Shown: positions 12,284-24,885 of the stretch, piece after piece
How the letters are laid out: every line of letters starts with the position of its first letter
Numbering within the stretch: position 1 is the stretch's first letter
Source: Tubulanus polymorphus
Taxonomy: Eukaryota > Animalia > Nemertea
Length of the DNA stretch: 64,000 bases
NCBI RefSeq assembly: GCF_964204645.1
Contig: NC_134027.1
Location: 14,478,485 to 14,542,484, forward strand
Direction: 5' to 3'
The notes under the pieces: model-generated
What the model saw: the letters and a program-made list of their open reading frames with translations, nothing else
What the model was told of the DNA's origin: nothing
The model's database searches: none
Program-made: the position numbers and the translations under genes

Positions 12284-12445
12284 CACTGACCGAGGCTACA
12301 ATATTGTAACCTAGGTCGGTTGACTTGCGCGGATTTATCTGCATACACTGACCGAGGCTACAATATTGTAACCTAGTCGGTTGATTTGCGCGGTTTATCT
12401 GCATACACTGACCGAGGCTACAATATTGTAACCTAGGTCGGTTTA
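12284..12445. repeat. ~61-bp tandem repeat x3 with an internal palindrome (AGGCTACAATATTGTAACCT)
   Basis: CACTGACCGAGG starts at 12284, 12346 and 12406. Confidence 0.9.
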
Positions 12446-15059
12446 CTGCATTATATTTGCAGTATTCACTCATCCAAGATGAAGATCAGTCAGTTAACTT
12501 GATCAGTTTTTGAAGTTATTGCTGGTCCGATATCAGTCGGTTGATTTGTAGTTTTGACTAACGAGGAATCCAAAAGTGTTTCAGTCAAACGTCTCCTATC
12601 ATTGAGGAATGACTTGAACAGTTAGGAATGTACATCGTACACATTCCAAATTAAGTGTTTAAAAGAAGTTTAAGTGAGAGCCTTATACTTATATTGCGCA
12701 ATTGCCATGATTGATACGAAAACGTTTCTAGAATCGGATGACAATTTATATAGAATTGGAGTCAGATGTGCATTGTTTTGGGGATGTTCGAACTTCGCTG
12801 AATCACTGAATCGTTGATTATTATATTACTTTCGCTGATTTGAATTTACGCGGAATCCATGCACATTTTACATATTCTAAAGAAAATGTTTCATTAGACC
12901 GATTCATTGATAAATTTCGTTACATATATTCTATTAAAATTCAGTTGGATTACGGTAACGAATGTATTTTGCGGAGAGCGGTAACGGCTTTCGGCTAACG
13001 TCATCGGTACTTCGATGTAGTCTCACGGCTTTAATAGTGATTCGCCCTTGGGACCCGAGTTTCAGATATGACAGAAATATATACAAAAAATCGTGACGAT
13101 TGTAAGTTGAGGCAACGATTGAAATGAAATCATTTGACTGCTGGATGTAATCACAGATAACAAATAAATGACGCCGAAATAGTCTACCTTTCAATTCAGT
13201 TGGTTTTCCACAGTAGCTGTTTGAAAGAGTCTACTGCTGAAAAGTGACTGTTGTAAAACATCTGATGTGCTAGTGTGCTAGCATTTTGATAGTGCACACT
13301 GGCAGTAGATGTGACTGTAACCAACCGATTGTAAACAGCGACTTAGTGATAGTAACTCCTACCACAATAGCTACTCTCAAAACACATCGTTGCTAAAAGT
13401 CAACTAGTGAAAAATTTACCATTTTGAGATGGCACAGTAATTTCCTGTTCAAAATAGCCACATCTGTTAAAGATTTGCAGTGATACGTGACAGGGTCAAA
13501 GGTACTGTTAAACCCCATATGCTTTGTATACAGAACTCTGTATGCTTTGAATACAGTTCTGTCAATAGAAATCCTAGTTTCTGAGTTGCTAAGAACCCCC
13601 TAAATTATATCACGCTCAACAAAATGGGAATAACCAATAGGAAAACTATTGATTTATATAACATCATTATGGATTCAATCCGTTAAAACAAGTATTGTGC
13701 CAGATCTAATTTAGAATTTTATGATTTTTGTTTTATATTTGCGATTATAAAACATGCTGGTGCATTCATACTGTCATAAATCTTTGATTCTGTAGAAATA
13801 AATTTGTCTTTTTTTAATTTGGCTTCATTTGTCTTCAAGGATATATGAGAGACGAAAATACAAATAAAATCATATGTTCATGAAATGGATTATGTCTTTA
13901 GATCTCTTTACTTGGATGAAAGACTACAAAAAATTTTCCCAAAAAATGTATCTAAAATACTTAGAATTAACCTACAATTATTGTTTATTTCGATACAATC
14001 AATTTTTAAGTAATCCATGTGATGTTCACTTTGTCACGCTGTTCTCTGCTTGTTCGTTTATGAATATTGAACCCTTTAATGCTTGTTAGAATTGATACCT
14101 TAACCGAAATGTCATTTCATAGTTATACAGTTTGGTTGAAATGATATCACAACTTCTAATATGAGATCAAAATAATAGTGCATTATATTATAATCTAATA
14201 CCCATTACTCACTTAGGGTATGCTAGTGAGAATAAGCCTAACAATTATCATTATTGATTGAATAAATACTGAAATAAATTCAGTTGAGATGTTCACGTAG
14301 TTTTGAAATCAGTTATTCCAATTTGATAAAAAAACCTCTTCTGGTCTAAGTAAAAGAATGCAAGGCTGAAATTTCAGTTTCACATGCTTTCCTACTTTGT
14401 TGAGTAAATTGTTTGTATAGGTTATCAAAAGCCCAGCAGCAGCTATCAGTCAACAGGTGAATTACACTGGCTAACTAGACAGTGATTGATGAACGAATAA
14501 ACAAACTGCACTGACCGCCAAAAATAATGACCTCTTAATAGTTATAAACTTAGCACCTCAAAACTCTATTTGAAGATGCCAATGAAATAAAATGCCAATG
14601 AATCGCTGAATTTTAAGGTACTTTATCAGTTTTTTTCCAATATAACTCATTTTCTCAAATTATCGTAGAATAAAAACTAATTTTATATCAGTGGCACCAT
14701 ATTCTACGAAAAAAAGGCATTCATGGTAAGAATAACGTTACCAATTCGTTAGATTGGAAGTGAATGCAGGCTAGGACCAACAAAGGTGCCGATTTAAGAT
14801 GCCGATATACAGAGAATCTCTCCCGTAGCGACTGACACGGTTGCATATACCTTCCGTGGCGACAAGTAATAATTTTCTATGTAAACGACTACATGACCCG
14901 AAGTAGTCGAATAGAACACTAATCCGATAAATGAAGAAATTCTGCAATAAAATTTTATACGATGACATTAATTATCAAAATTAAACCGCAACAACGTTCG
15001 GATTTTCAGTGACTGCCATCTGACTTCAAGCTCAAATCACTGGAATGTCTACATTCCAC

Positions 15060-15100
15060 CTGATGATGGCTGTTAGTCAACAGCCAAAACGTTGCGGTTT
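15060..15100 (+). ncRNA. Degenerate minimal hammerhead-like core (Penelope pLTR-type remnant)
   Basis: CTGATGA-T-GGCTGTT-AGTC-AACAGCC-AAAAC; the GAAA box is mutated. Confidence 0.35.
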
Positions 15101-16935
15101 CATCTCAACACATGTTATCATATTAAGAGTTCTATTACGGTATTTCTTCATTCATGACCTCACGGTGAAGATCACCAAAGGCCGTTACCGTAATCCAAAT
15201 TAAATCTTGAATATTATACGAAATTTCTTATTTCTATTAAATTCGGCCTCAGTTCGGAAGATTTCTTTAGAATGCATTGATAGATCCACATAAATCTATT
15301 ATAGATACAGCATATTTTAGTTTTTTCAAATCAACATTTCAGCGAAATTAATATAAAATCATGGGAGGTTCGAACACTCCAAAATGCACATCTAAATTTA
15401 TGATGCAAAGACATCCAGACCCCCGTTGAAAATAAACCACCATTTCAATAATGAGAGGTTAGCCTGCATTTATGATTACGCTTCTAATTTAAGAAATTAA
15501 ATCAAAATATTAATGCAGACATGCTTGAAAATATCTGCATTTGTTAAAATCGAATTCTGCATCGCCATAAAAAGAAGGAAATTTCGATTCATCGTAAAAC
15601 TCCATAACCAATGACAATTTGTAAACTTATTTTCTCCAATTTCCATTTTTATTGGTTAGACTATCTTCTGAGACACTCAAAATACAACTATATCCCAAAC
15701 TATAGCGTGGGTATAGAATTTTCCACTAGTTTCTCAATGTGTTCATGTTGTCACGTATCACCGACATGGGGTCAGGCCCTCATCCATTTTTCTGACGCTT
15801 GAACATAATTTTTTTCATCGCCTGCTGTTAAAGGATACCAGTGTAAAACCGTTATTGTCGTATTTCTGCATAGCGTTACATTATGAAATTCTTCAACAGT
15901 TCGTGGGCTTAGATAGATTTTAACCTTCATTTTATACATCAGATAATCGTTATTATCCTATTTACATAAAACATGCCTGAAATTGTGAGCATATACCATT
16001 CCTAATTTCAACTAAGAAAGTGCTCAGCAAGCACCTAAACGCATCTCATTCTTCAAAGACCACACCCCTTTTGTTTCTTATGCACCTGTGGCCCTTTCTC
16101 CAAAAGCTAGATTCTGGAACATTTTACTGAATTACTCAATGGCATTTATTTCAAGTCTGCCCACCCCGCGATCACGCCACTCTCCAAAGCGTCTTCTTTT
16201 CAGTTTGGATTCGCTTGCCAGATTCCCTGTTATAAATAGCGACATATGCTTCAGATTTGCAGTGATACGTGACAATATAAACAGCGTATAAACAGTAGTG
16301 CAAAACTGTATGCAAACGCTATAGTTTTCAGGGCAGTTAAAATATTCTGAATATGCTCTTTGAGGATGTGAAATATATGAGCGATAAAACTCTAACCGAT
16401 AACCATCGAGCTAAATCTGTTTGTATAATGTGATAAGTTTTGAAGTTTTAAGATTAATCGAAATTGCCTTTATTTCATGGCAATAATTTAATGAAAATTC
16501 AATTGGAAGATTAAATGCAGCTTTTTCAAGTATAGGTCAACATGATTTTTGATTATTTTTGTCATTAAAATGGTTTATTTTCGGAAAAATACCCCAGTAA
16601 ATATCCCCCCGGTAAAAATCTCCTCTAAGTAAATGTCCCCCTTGCTAACAGCAACATTTAATAAAATACTTCAATATTCTGATTTTGAAAAGCTTAAATC
16701 GTTTCAAAAATTTCAAATTTTCCGTGTTGTCTTTCCAAATATTTATCTTGAATAATCTGTGACTTTTACTATGCTGCGTACCTACATATAAGATGACATA
16801 ATTCGTGACTTTTAGCAAGCAACATGCGTAAAAAATGATGATATTATCAGATGTAAGATAAAACCCAATATTTAAAAATTAAAAGAAATCTAAAATCGAG
16901 AATTATTTATTGAAATAATCTAAAATGTAAGAACA

Positions 16936-16971
16936 TGGCGTTTCGATCTCACACTAGAGATCATCTTCAGG
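16936..16971 (-). ncRNA. Minimal hammerhead ribozyme core (Penelope pLTR-type remnant)
   Basis: Minus strand reads CTGAAGA-T-GATCTC-TAGTGT-GAGATC-GAAAC, with AATAAA about 25 nt downstream; stems I and III are not convincing. Confidence 0.45.
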
Positions 16972-17708
16972 TGTGAGACCAAAAACAAGGGTATATATAA
17001 AGAGGAGAGTAAATTGGTGAGTGAGTAACTAATTAGTGTTTGGCAAGGCATGAAGTAATATACTTAGAAAGAAGGGAATTGTGACGTGTTGACGATGGTG
17101 GCGATGTTGACGATGTTGACGTTGTTGGCGATGTTTACGACGTTGACGATATTGTAAAATATTCTTTAATTACTACACCGCGTAGTAATTCGTTTTACTT
17201 AACCGGATACTGGAGTTGAGCCGGCATAAGTCATTATAGCATTAAATAGTTCCAGCAGAGACTTATCACATTGGACTGGTATTTGAAATAAATCCGCCAA
17301 TATTAGACTGATTGAATCTTACGACATTACACTATATCACTCTTAGAATAAAAGGTACTTATTAGTACCTAAATAGGTACTATGGGCTTGTCACTGTGGG
17401 AGCACCTTTTTAGGTACTAATAAGTACCTTTTTAAAATGTGACTTCGAAGTACCCTTTCTAGTATGGTACTTCTTAGTACCATCTAAAAAGTTACTTAAG
17501 AGTACCATTTAAGACGGGTACTCTGAAATACCCTTTCATGGGGTATTTGACAAATACCTTTTTCACATTGTTGGTACTATATTATACCCTTAAAAGGTTT
17601 TGGGCAAGTACCTTTATGGGTAAAGTGGTACCCTTGTGGGTAATTTATGGTACCTTTAGGGTACATGCAGGCCCCACCTAGGGTATCCAGAAAACTGTAC
17701 TTAACACC

Positions 17709-17822
17709 CTGGACCCAGTTCCACAGTTGTGAGTTAGAGTTAACTCTGGGTTAATATCAGTTCATTTTCAATGTATTAACTCCGAGTCAAATCTTGACTC
17801 TCAACTGTGGAACTGGGTCCAG
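17709..17822. mobile_element. Short MITE-like palindromic element
   Basis: 21-bp perfect inverted ends CTGGACCCAGTTCCACAGTTG / CAACTGTGGAACTGGGTCCAG; a degenerate relative lies at about 43691-43780. Confidence 0.75.
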
Positions 17823-18158
17823 TAGCATACAGCCCAGTCTGTGGCTTGAACTCCTGCTTCCTTTTCTCCTGATAAATGAAACCTAGACATCAAAACAGCG
17901 AGAAGTATAGATCTACTCTCAAACATTCATCAATTTATTGAATAGACTGAAATGTACGTATATAATATTATATCCCTTTTAAACAGTACTTGAACGGACA
18001 TATCTAATTTAAGTCAACAATATTAATTCAATTAAAATACTTAATATAATAACTTTTGCACAATCTTATTGCTATGCCAGGGTTTGCTTGTTTCCTGCCA
18101 ACACAAATCCTGGCCGCACACCCTTCATTTGGTCTAGTATTACATTGCCCAATATTTC

Positions 18159-19228
18159 TTACATTAAGCAGTTAAAACAAAGACCAAGTTGTTTTATTCG
18201 ATTTTTCCTCGCTTCGACGGTTACGAATTGAATACAGTTGGTAGCTTTATGTCCAGCTGAACAATAGTGACACTTCAAAGGACCAGTCTGGCGTCGAATA
18301 CCTGCAGAACCAACGATCATTATGGAAATTTCTTCGGGCTTTGTGCCAGGTTGGTAACCAGCTCCCATGACAAAAACCTCATTTTCCAGCCCACTAATAA
18401 CCTCGCTTAAGCTATATTCACGGTCACCATATTTTCTCGCTAAGTTACGTTGTACTTCACTGGGCAACTTGTCCATAACAATAGGGACCAATATACCGCC
18501 GAAATAATCGTCGTCTTTACCGTATGTTCTCAATGTACGCATATACGATCCCAATTTATCGGAAAATTTACGGAGACTAATATAAGTATATAAAGGCTTT
18601 TCCAAATCAATCACGGCACGCATATATGCCTTTGTAACTACGTGTGGCTGTCCGAATCGACTTTTCAAAATTGTACAGGCTTCCTTATAAGCATTTTCTG
18701 TTATTGGCAAACCAGCAATAGCGTCAGCTGCTTCTCCAATGAGCTGGGCTTTCAAATAAATGAATTTCTGAACATTAGTCATCATGGTGGACGTGTTTAC
18801 AGCGCTGTCAAAGCTATCCCAAAAGCCAGACCATTCTAGTATTTTTCCAGAAAATTTGGGTAGAATTAATTTTGGTAGATTTACCTTTCTAGCGTTGTCA
18901 GGATTCCTAGAGAGTCCTGAATTTCCTTGTCCTGAATTTCCAAGAGGCCAATCGATGAGTTTTGATTCCACTTTTCGCAAATCCAATTTTTTTGACAGAA
19001 TATCCTCCTCCGCTCCTTCGAAAAATGCTGCGAACTGATCATCGGTCGACAATTCACATATCCTTTCATTCAATTCCTCAATTTTGGCTAATCTTCCTCG
19101 AACGCTTTCCAAAATGATGCAGATTTAGTATAATCAGATGTAGCGATTAATGCGTTAATCTTCGTAATTTGATTATCGTTATGCCCCCGGTGGGCGTTCC
19201 TAGATCGCACGATCGTATCCCTGCTCAT
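18159..19228 (-). pseudogene. Bel/Pao LTR-retrotransposon gag relic (DUF1759-like)
   Basis: LPKLILPKFSGKILEWSGFWDSF, QKFIYLKAQL.GEA, LKSRFG, CHYCSAGH...C and CFNCL knuckles. Probable ATG at 19228 (MSRDTIVRSRNAHRG) is out of frame with the main ORF; a PBS-like TTGGTCC lies just upstream; pol is absent. Confidence 0.85.
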
Positions 19229-19844
19229 TTTTCCAAGCTCAAGAGGGACCAAAATGTCGATATTTCCTCGATATATACAACTACGTCTTTATAGTACGAG
19301 AACACCGTTTAGTTTGCCTAATCCGGCCAACCCCGGTGAGCGTTGGAGCATGGAAAATATATAAAAGTTAATCTACCGTTTCAATGACTAAATCATATCT
19401 CCAACAGTTGTAACAAGATAAAATGCTCACTCATATTATGCCTAAACCTCACCCTAACCTTAATCCTTGATCAAACCAACTATCTAAACATGACTGAATC
19501 CTTAAACATAAAATATTAGCTATAGTTTTTATGCTAGTTAAGAAAACTGCGCAATTTGTGAGTTTCATTTTTCCAAAAAGTAGGTCTTTATATGTTCATT
19601 ATGCCTAAATCTAAACCTAACCCTAACCCTTATCCTTCAACTAACACGATATATGGACCTACTAAAACCTTAAACATAAGATATTCGACGCATGCTAGTA
19701 GACTACGCAATTTGGGAAGAGTATTCCACAAGAAGAGAATTTCCACAGTCGTATTGCTAAACCTAACCCTAACCCTAATCCATGATCTAACTTAAGAATA
19801 AAGCGTATTAATTGAGGATACGATGCTCTCTCCTCCTTCGAACG

Positions 19845-19871
19845 TATATATATATATATATATATATATAT
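19845..19871. repeat. (TA)n microsatellite
   Basis: Seen directly. Confidence 0.95.
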
Positions 19872-20458
19872 CATATTTCAGATTTGAAAGTGTGATCAAT
19901 AAAGTGAAATTGAATTGAAAATAAGAAGTTTGTTTAATATAAACAAATTGGATTGAATTGCAAATTTTGAGTTTGTTCAATAATATTTAATTCAATTGAA
20001 TTGAAAATTGGTAATTAGTATTAATTTTGGAACTACTAGCACCACGCAGTGGAAGGGTGACCCAAACTACAGTTAGACCTAATAGGCCTATAGACAAATA
20101 AATACCGGTACTGGGGCGGTAGGCTTTCTTAGCTTCCACACTTCACAACCGAACCAACTGACCAACCAGTATATGTAGTCCCAGTACGCACCAGGCCTAA
20201 CACTGTTTGTCAACTGTGTGTACCGTAGTAGGCTATCGATAATCACCTGATACTTTTCTGTCGTTTGTTTTCTCTCTGATACGAACGTAAGTAGCCTTCC
20301 GCGACTCAACGACCTTGATTTAAACTTGATCAATTCAAAATCTGTTTATTGACGCTTTTGGTTACATGAACTGATCAGCAATATACTTAAATAAAAATAT
20401 AGCTGCAAAGCAGCGATAACGGGTTTTCTGCACAGTCTTAAAATCCTGTTCAACGGTG

Positions 20459-20685
20459 GATTTCAACAAAGCATTTGATAAGGCTCAACATCAGCCATTA
20501 CTAAAGAGGCTATTAGGAAACAGTGTCAATGATAGGTCGCCCAAATGGCTCAGCAGTTATCTCTAAACGGAAACTTGTAACCGAAATCAACGGAACGCCT
20601 CATCTTGGAATGAGACGGTCTAACTAGTGGAGTCACGCAAGGTAGTATCCTAAGTCGTCTTCTGTTTAATGTCCTGACAAATGAC
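20459..20685 (+). pseudogene. Captured fragment of a CR1/L2-type reverse transcriptase
   Basis: DFNKAFDKAQHQPLLKRL ... SGVTQGSILSRLLFNVLTND; an inverted copy lies at about 35381-35607. Confidence 0.7.
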
Positions 20686-20774
20686 ATACACAGTAATCCA
20701 AAATATACCAGACCGAGTAAATTTCTAAAACGACCTTAACACACTGTTTGACCAAAAAACTTAATGTTCCGACA

Positions 20775-21075
20775 AAACCACGGGGACAAAACCAAAATTA
20801 TGAATTGTCGCGGGTGACAAAACCAAAATATTGAATTGTCACGGGCGACAAAACAAAAATAATGAATTGTCGAGGGCGATTAAACCAAAATAATGAATTG
20901 TCGCGGGCGATAAAACCACAATAATGAATTGTCGCGGGCGTTAAAACCAAAATATTGAATTGTCGCGGCGATATAACCAAAATAATGAATTGTCGCGGAC
21001 GACAAAAACAAAATATTGAATTGTTGCGTGCGACAAAACCAGAATAATGAATTGTCGCGGGCGACAAAACCAAAC
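20775..21075 (-). repeat. 31-bp minisatellite, short array
   Basis: Unit AATTGTCGCGGGCGA(C/T)AAAACCAAAATAATG. Confidence 0.95.
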
Positions 21076-21147
21076 TAGGGGTCCAGGGACACCATGCTCA
21101 CTTGGGAAGTGGTTTCAAATGCTCAACAATCTAACAATTTCAATACA

Positions 21148-21890
21148 CAACGCCCTCTAGTGACCATATACAAAAACCAATGACCTTGAAACCCACCACA
21201 ATCATAGAACATGTGAGCAGCTATGATTTTGTAATTGATTGTGATAACAAAATATGCCTCGTTACCAATTTAATATGGAAATACTAAGTTATTCTACTAT
21301 TCAACGCCCCTGGTGACCATATGCAAAACCCAATGACCTTAAAACTCACCACAATTGTAGTACATGTCATGAAATACAACTTTGCAATTGATCATAGTAA
21401 CAAAATATGCCTAGGTACCAATCTAATAAGGAAATACTAAGCCATTCCACTATTCAACGCCCCCTGGTGACTATATGGAATAACTAATGTCCTTAAAAAC
21501 TCACCACAATCATAAACGATGTCATGATCTACAACTTTGCAATCGATCATGGTAACAAACTATGCCTAGGTACCAATCTAATAAGGAAAAACTGAGCTTT
21601 TCTACTATTCAACGCCCCCTGGTGACTATATGGAATAACTAATGTCCACAATCATAGACGATTTCATGAACTACAACTTCGCAATTGATCATGGTAACAA
21701 AATATGCCTTGGTACAAATATAATATAGCAATACTAAGTTATTGTATTATTCAACGCCCCCTGATGGCCACATACTAAAACCAATGACCTTGAAACTCAC
21801 CAAAATCATAGAACACGTTATGGGCTACAACTTTCCAATTGAATATAGTAACACAATATGCTTAGGTATCGATTAAATGTGGAAAAACTT
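21148..21890. repeat. ~153-bp tandem repeat x5 carrying CGCCCCCTGGTG
   Basis: CAACGCCC anchor at 21148, 21302, 21455, 21610 and 21752; inverted copies at about 31350-32110 and 34370-34920. Confidence 0.85.
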
Positions 21891-22477
21891 TTTCCCACCT
21901 ACGAATGAGTACTGATGACACCAAGATGGCCGCCAATTGCGTCATAATTGGCTGATCAAAAATACCTGTCCCAGGTATAAAACATCCCTCTCTAAGGAAT
22001 ACCCATCAGCAATTGCAATGAGAAATGGCAAACCAGTAGGAAGCTACAGGACCTAGAATTCTGGCCAAAATTGACATTTTTGGGCACTAAAAAGGTCATA
22101 GGACGGCCATCTTGAGTCAGATCGACCCAATTTTCTTATGCTGATGGGCCTTTGGTAGATTCAAATATAAACGAAAGATCAAGGTAATTGATCAAAGCGT
22201 CTTCAAAATTTCCCACGAAAACTTCGAAAATGTTTAAAAAGTGCTGATTTTGGCAAACAACAATGGCTGCCAGTCGACCATCTTGAATCTGACAGGGCCA
22301 GTTTTTGGGCTGACGATGTGTCTAGGGTCGATACATGTATAAACCAAATATCGAGACATTACCTTGAAGCGTCTCCAAAACTTCCCGAAATAACTGGATT
22401 CCGTCTATGGATGGACAGACGGACGAAAAGTGAACGCAATAGCCCACTGGGACTAAAGTCCCAAGTGGACTGAAAAA

Positions 22478-23822
22478 GAATTGTCGCGGGCGACAAAACC
22501 AAACTAATGAATTGTCGAGGGTGATAAAACCAAAATATTGAATTGTCTCATGCGACAAAACCAAAATAATGAATTGTCGCGGCGACAAAACCAAAATAAT
22601 GAATTATTGCAGGCGATAAAACCAAAATATTGAATTCTTGCGGGCGACAAAACCAACAAAAAAAATTGTCACGGGCGACAAAAACAAAAGATAAAACCAA
22701 AATAATGAATTGTCTCGGGCGACAAAACCAAAATAATGAATTGTCGCGGGCGACAAAACCAAAATAATGAATTGTCGCGGGCGACAAAACCAAAATAATG
22801 AATTGTCGCGGGCGACAAAACCAAAAAAAAATTGTCGCGGACGACAAAAACAAAATATAAAACCAAAATAATGAATTGTCTCGGGCGACAAAACCATAAT
22901 AATGAATTGTCGCGGGCGACAAAACCAAAATAATGAATGGTCGCGGGCGATAAAACCAAAATAATGAATTGTCGCGGGCGATAAAACCAAACTAATGAAT
23001 TGTCGCGGGCGATAAAACCAAACTAATGAATTGCCGCGGGCGATAAAACAAAAAAATTGAATTGTCGCGGGCGATAAAACCAAAATAATGAATTGTCTCG
23101 GGCGATAAAACCAAAATAATGAATTGTCGGGGCGACAAAACCAAAATAATGAATTGTCGCAGGCAAAAAAACAAAAATAATGAATTATCGCGGGCGATAA
23201 AACCAAAATATTGAATTGTCGCGGGCGATAAAACGAAAATAATGAATTGTCGCGGGCAACAAAACCAAAATATTTAATTGTTGCGGGCGACAAAACCAAA
23301 AAAAAAATTGTCGCGGGCGACAAAAACAAAGTATAAAAAGAAAATAATAAATTGTCGCGGGCGTCAAAACCAAAAACAAGAATTGTCGTGGGCGACAAAT
23401 CCAAAATAATGAATTGTCGCTGGAGATAAAACCAAAGTAATGAATTGTCGCGGGCGATAAAACCAAAATATTGAATTGTCGCGGGTGACAAAACCAAAAT
23501 ATTGAATTGTCGCGGGCGACAAAACCAAAAAAAGAATTGTCGGGTCGACAAAACCAAAATAATGAATTGTCGCGGGCGATAAAACCAAAATAATGAATTG
23601 TCGCGGGCTATAAAACCAAAATAATTAATTTTCTCACGCGACAAAACCAAAATAATGAATTATCGTGGGCGATAAAACCAAAATATTGAATTGTCGCAGG
23701 CGATAAAACCAAAATATTGAATTGTTGCGGGCGACAAAACCAAAAAAGAAAATTGTCTCGGGCGACAAAAACAAAATATAAAACCAAAATAATGCATTGT
23801 CGCGGGCGACAAAATCAAAATC
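22478..23822 (-). repeat. 31-bp minisatellite, long array
   Basis: Same unit; the 31-aa periodicity of the spurious ORFs confirms the 31-bp period. Confidence 0.95.
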
Positions 23823-24850
23823 ATTGTTTTCTTGCGTTATTTTAGTTTTGTCGTAATGTCGCCCTCATTTGCATATTCGTGTTTTTTTATCTTATCAGCC
23901 ACCATACTAAAGCTTTAATGTCGCGTAAAACTCTTCAAAACACTTCAAGCGACACAGCGAACGATCTCCTTTCCCCCACAGCGAACACTTACTCCGAATG
24001 TCAAGTATGAGTCCAGCATACGGATAGGAGTGTGTTATATACTTGTATTTAGTAAATACCTTGTGGATTTGAAAATTATCGGTATGTACTGTAGGAAATA
24101 TAGAGTATTGATGGTATTGATATAGAGGGCCGCGGCCGAATAAAGTAATATATTCTTTTATTTTGATACCTCGTCGACATAACAGCTTTTCTCCGCTATA
24201 TCTCTTCGGCGTGTTTAGTTTAGGCCTACGACTCCCCGGTACACTTATGATTTATCTTAGTAAAAACACGGTAAATTTGGTAAAGAAAAATAGGTATTGC
24301 TAAATTAACTGCTTGGCGCCCGCAGCCAAATCAATGGTAGTAATAAATTAATTTGTACTCGATTTGATTCTCAGAATGAGGAGAAACTCGCAGCTGATTC
24401 CCGGAACGACGATGTAGTGACACACGTCGATTTGTCGATGTTTACGGCTCGACAGTGCTTTTAAAATCTAAAGTAGTAAATTTCCTGTGTATCAGTAATA
24501 TAATTTGATGAGGAAAATGGGTTACTGTTAAAATTAGTTTTTAAAAACCGCGACAGAATGTGCAATCTTTCGGTAATAAATTTGTTAATTTATGCTTGAA
24601 TTGATAATCGATGTGACAAGAAACGTGCGGTAGATTTCGGAAAGACGACTTAGAAAAACATGTCGGCTCTTTGAATGGGGCTCAATTTTCGATGTTTACG
24701 GCCCGACAGTGCTTTTGTAACGTTGATTCTTCAAAATTCGCACGGAGTATTTGTAGATCGAACTGAGCTGAATGATATCAGACGGATTGTATCGGCAACA
24801 GCGGTAATGTAAAAAAGCCTATGTACTTTTGACAAAAAATGTGTGGAAAA

Positions 24851-24885
<35 letters not shown>

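Noticed and set aside
15650-16150. Possible decayed coding remnant on the minus strand
   Set aside because: Only short open stretches, with no motif I can assign.
17350-17700. GGTAC/GTACC-rich stretch
   Set aside because: Probably part of a non-autonomous repeat, but no period or termini could be defined by eye.
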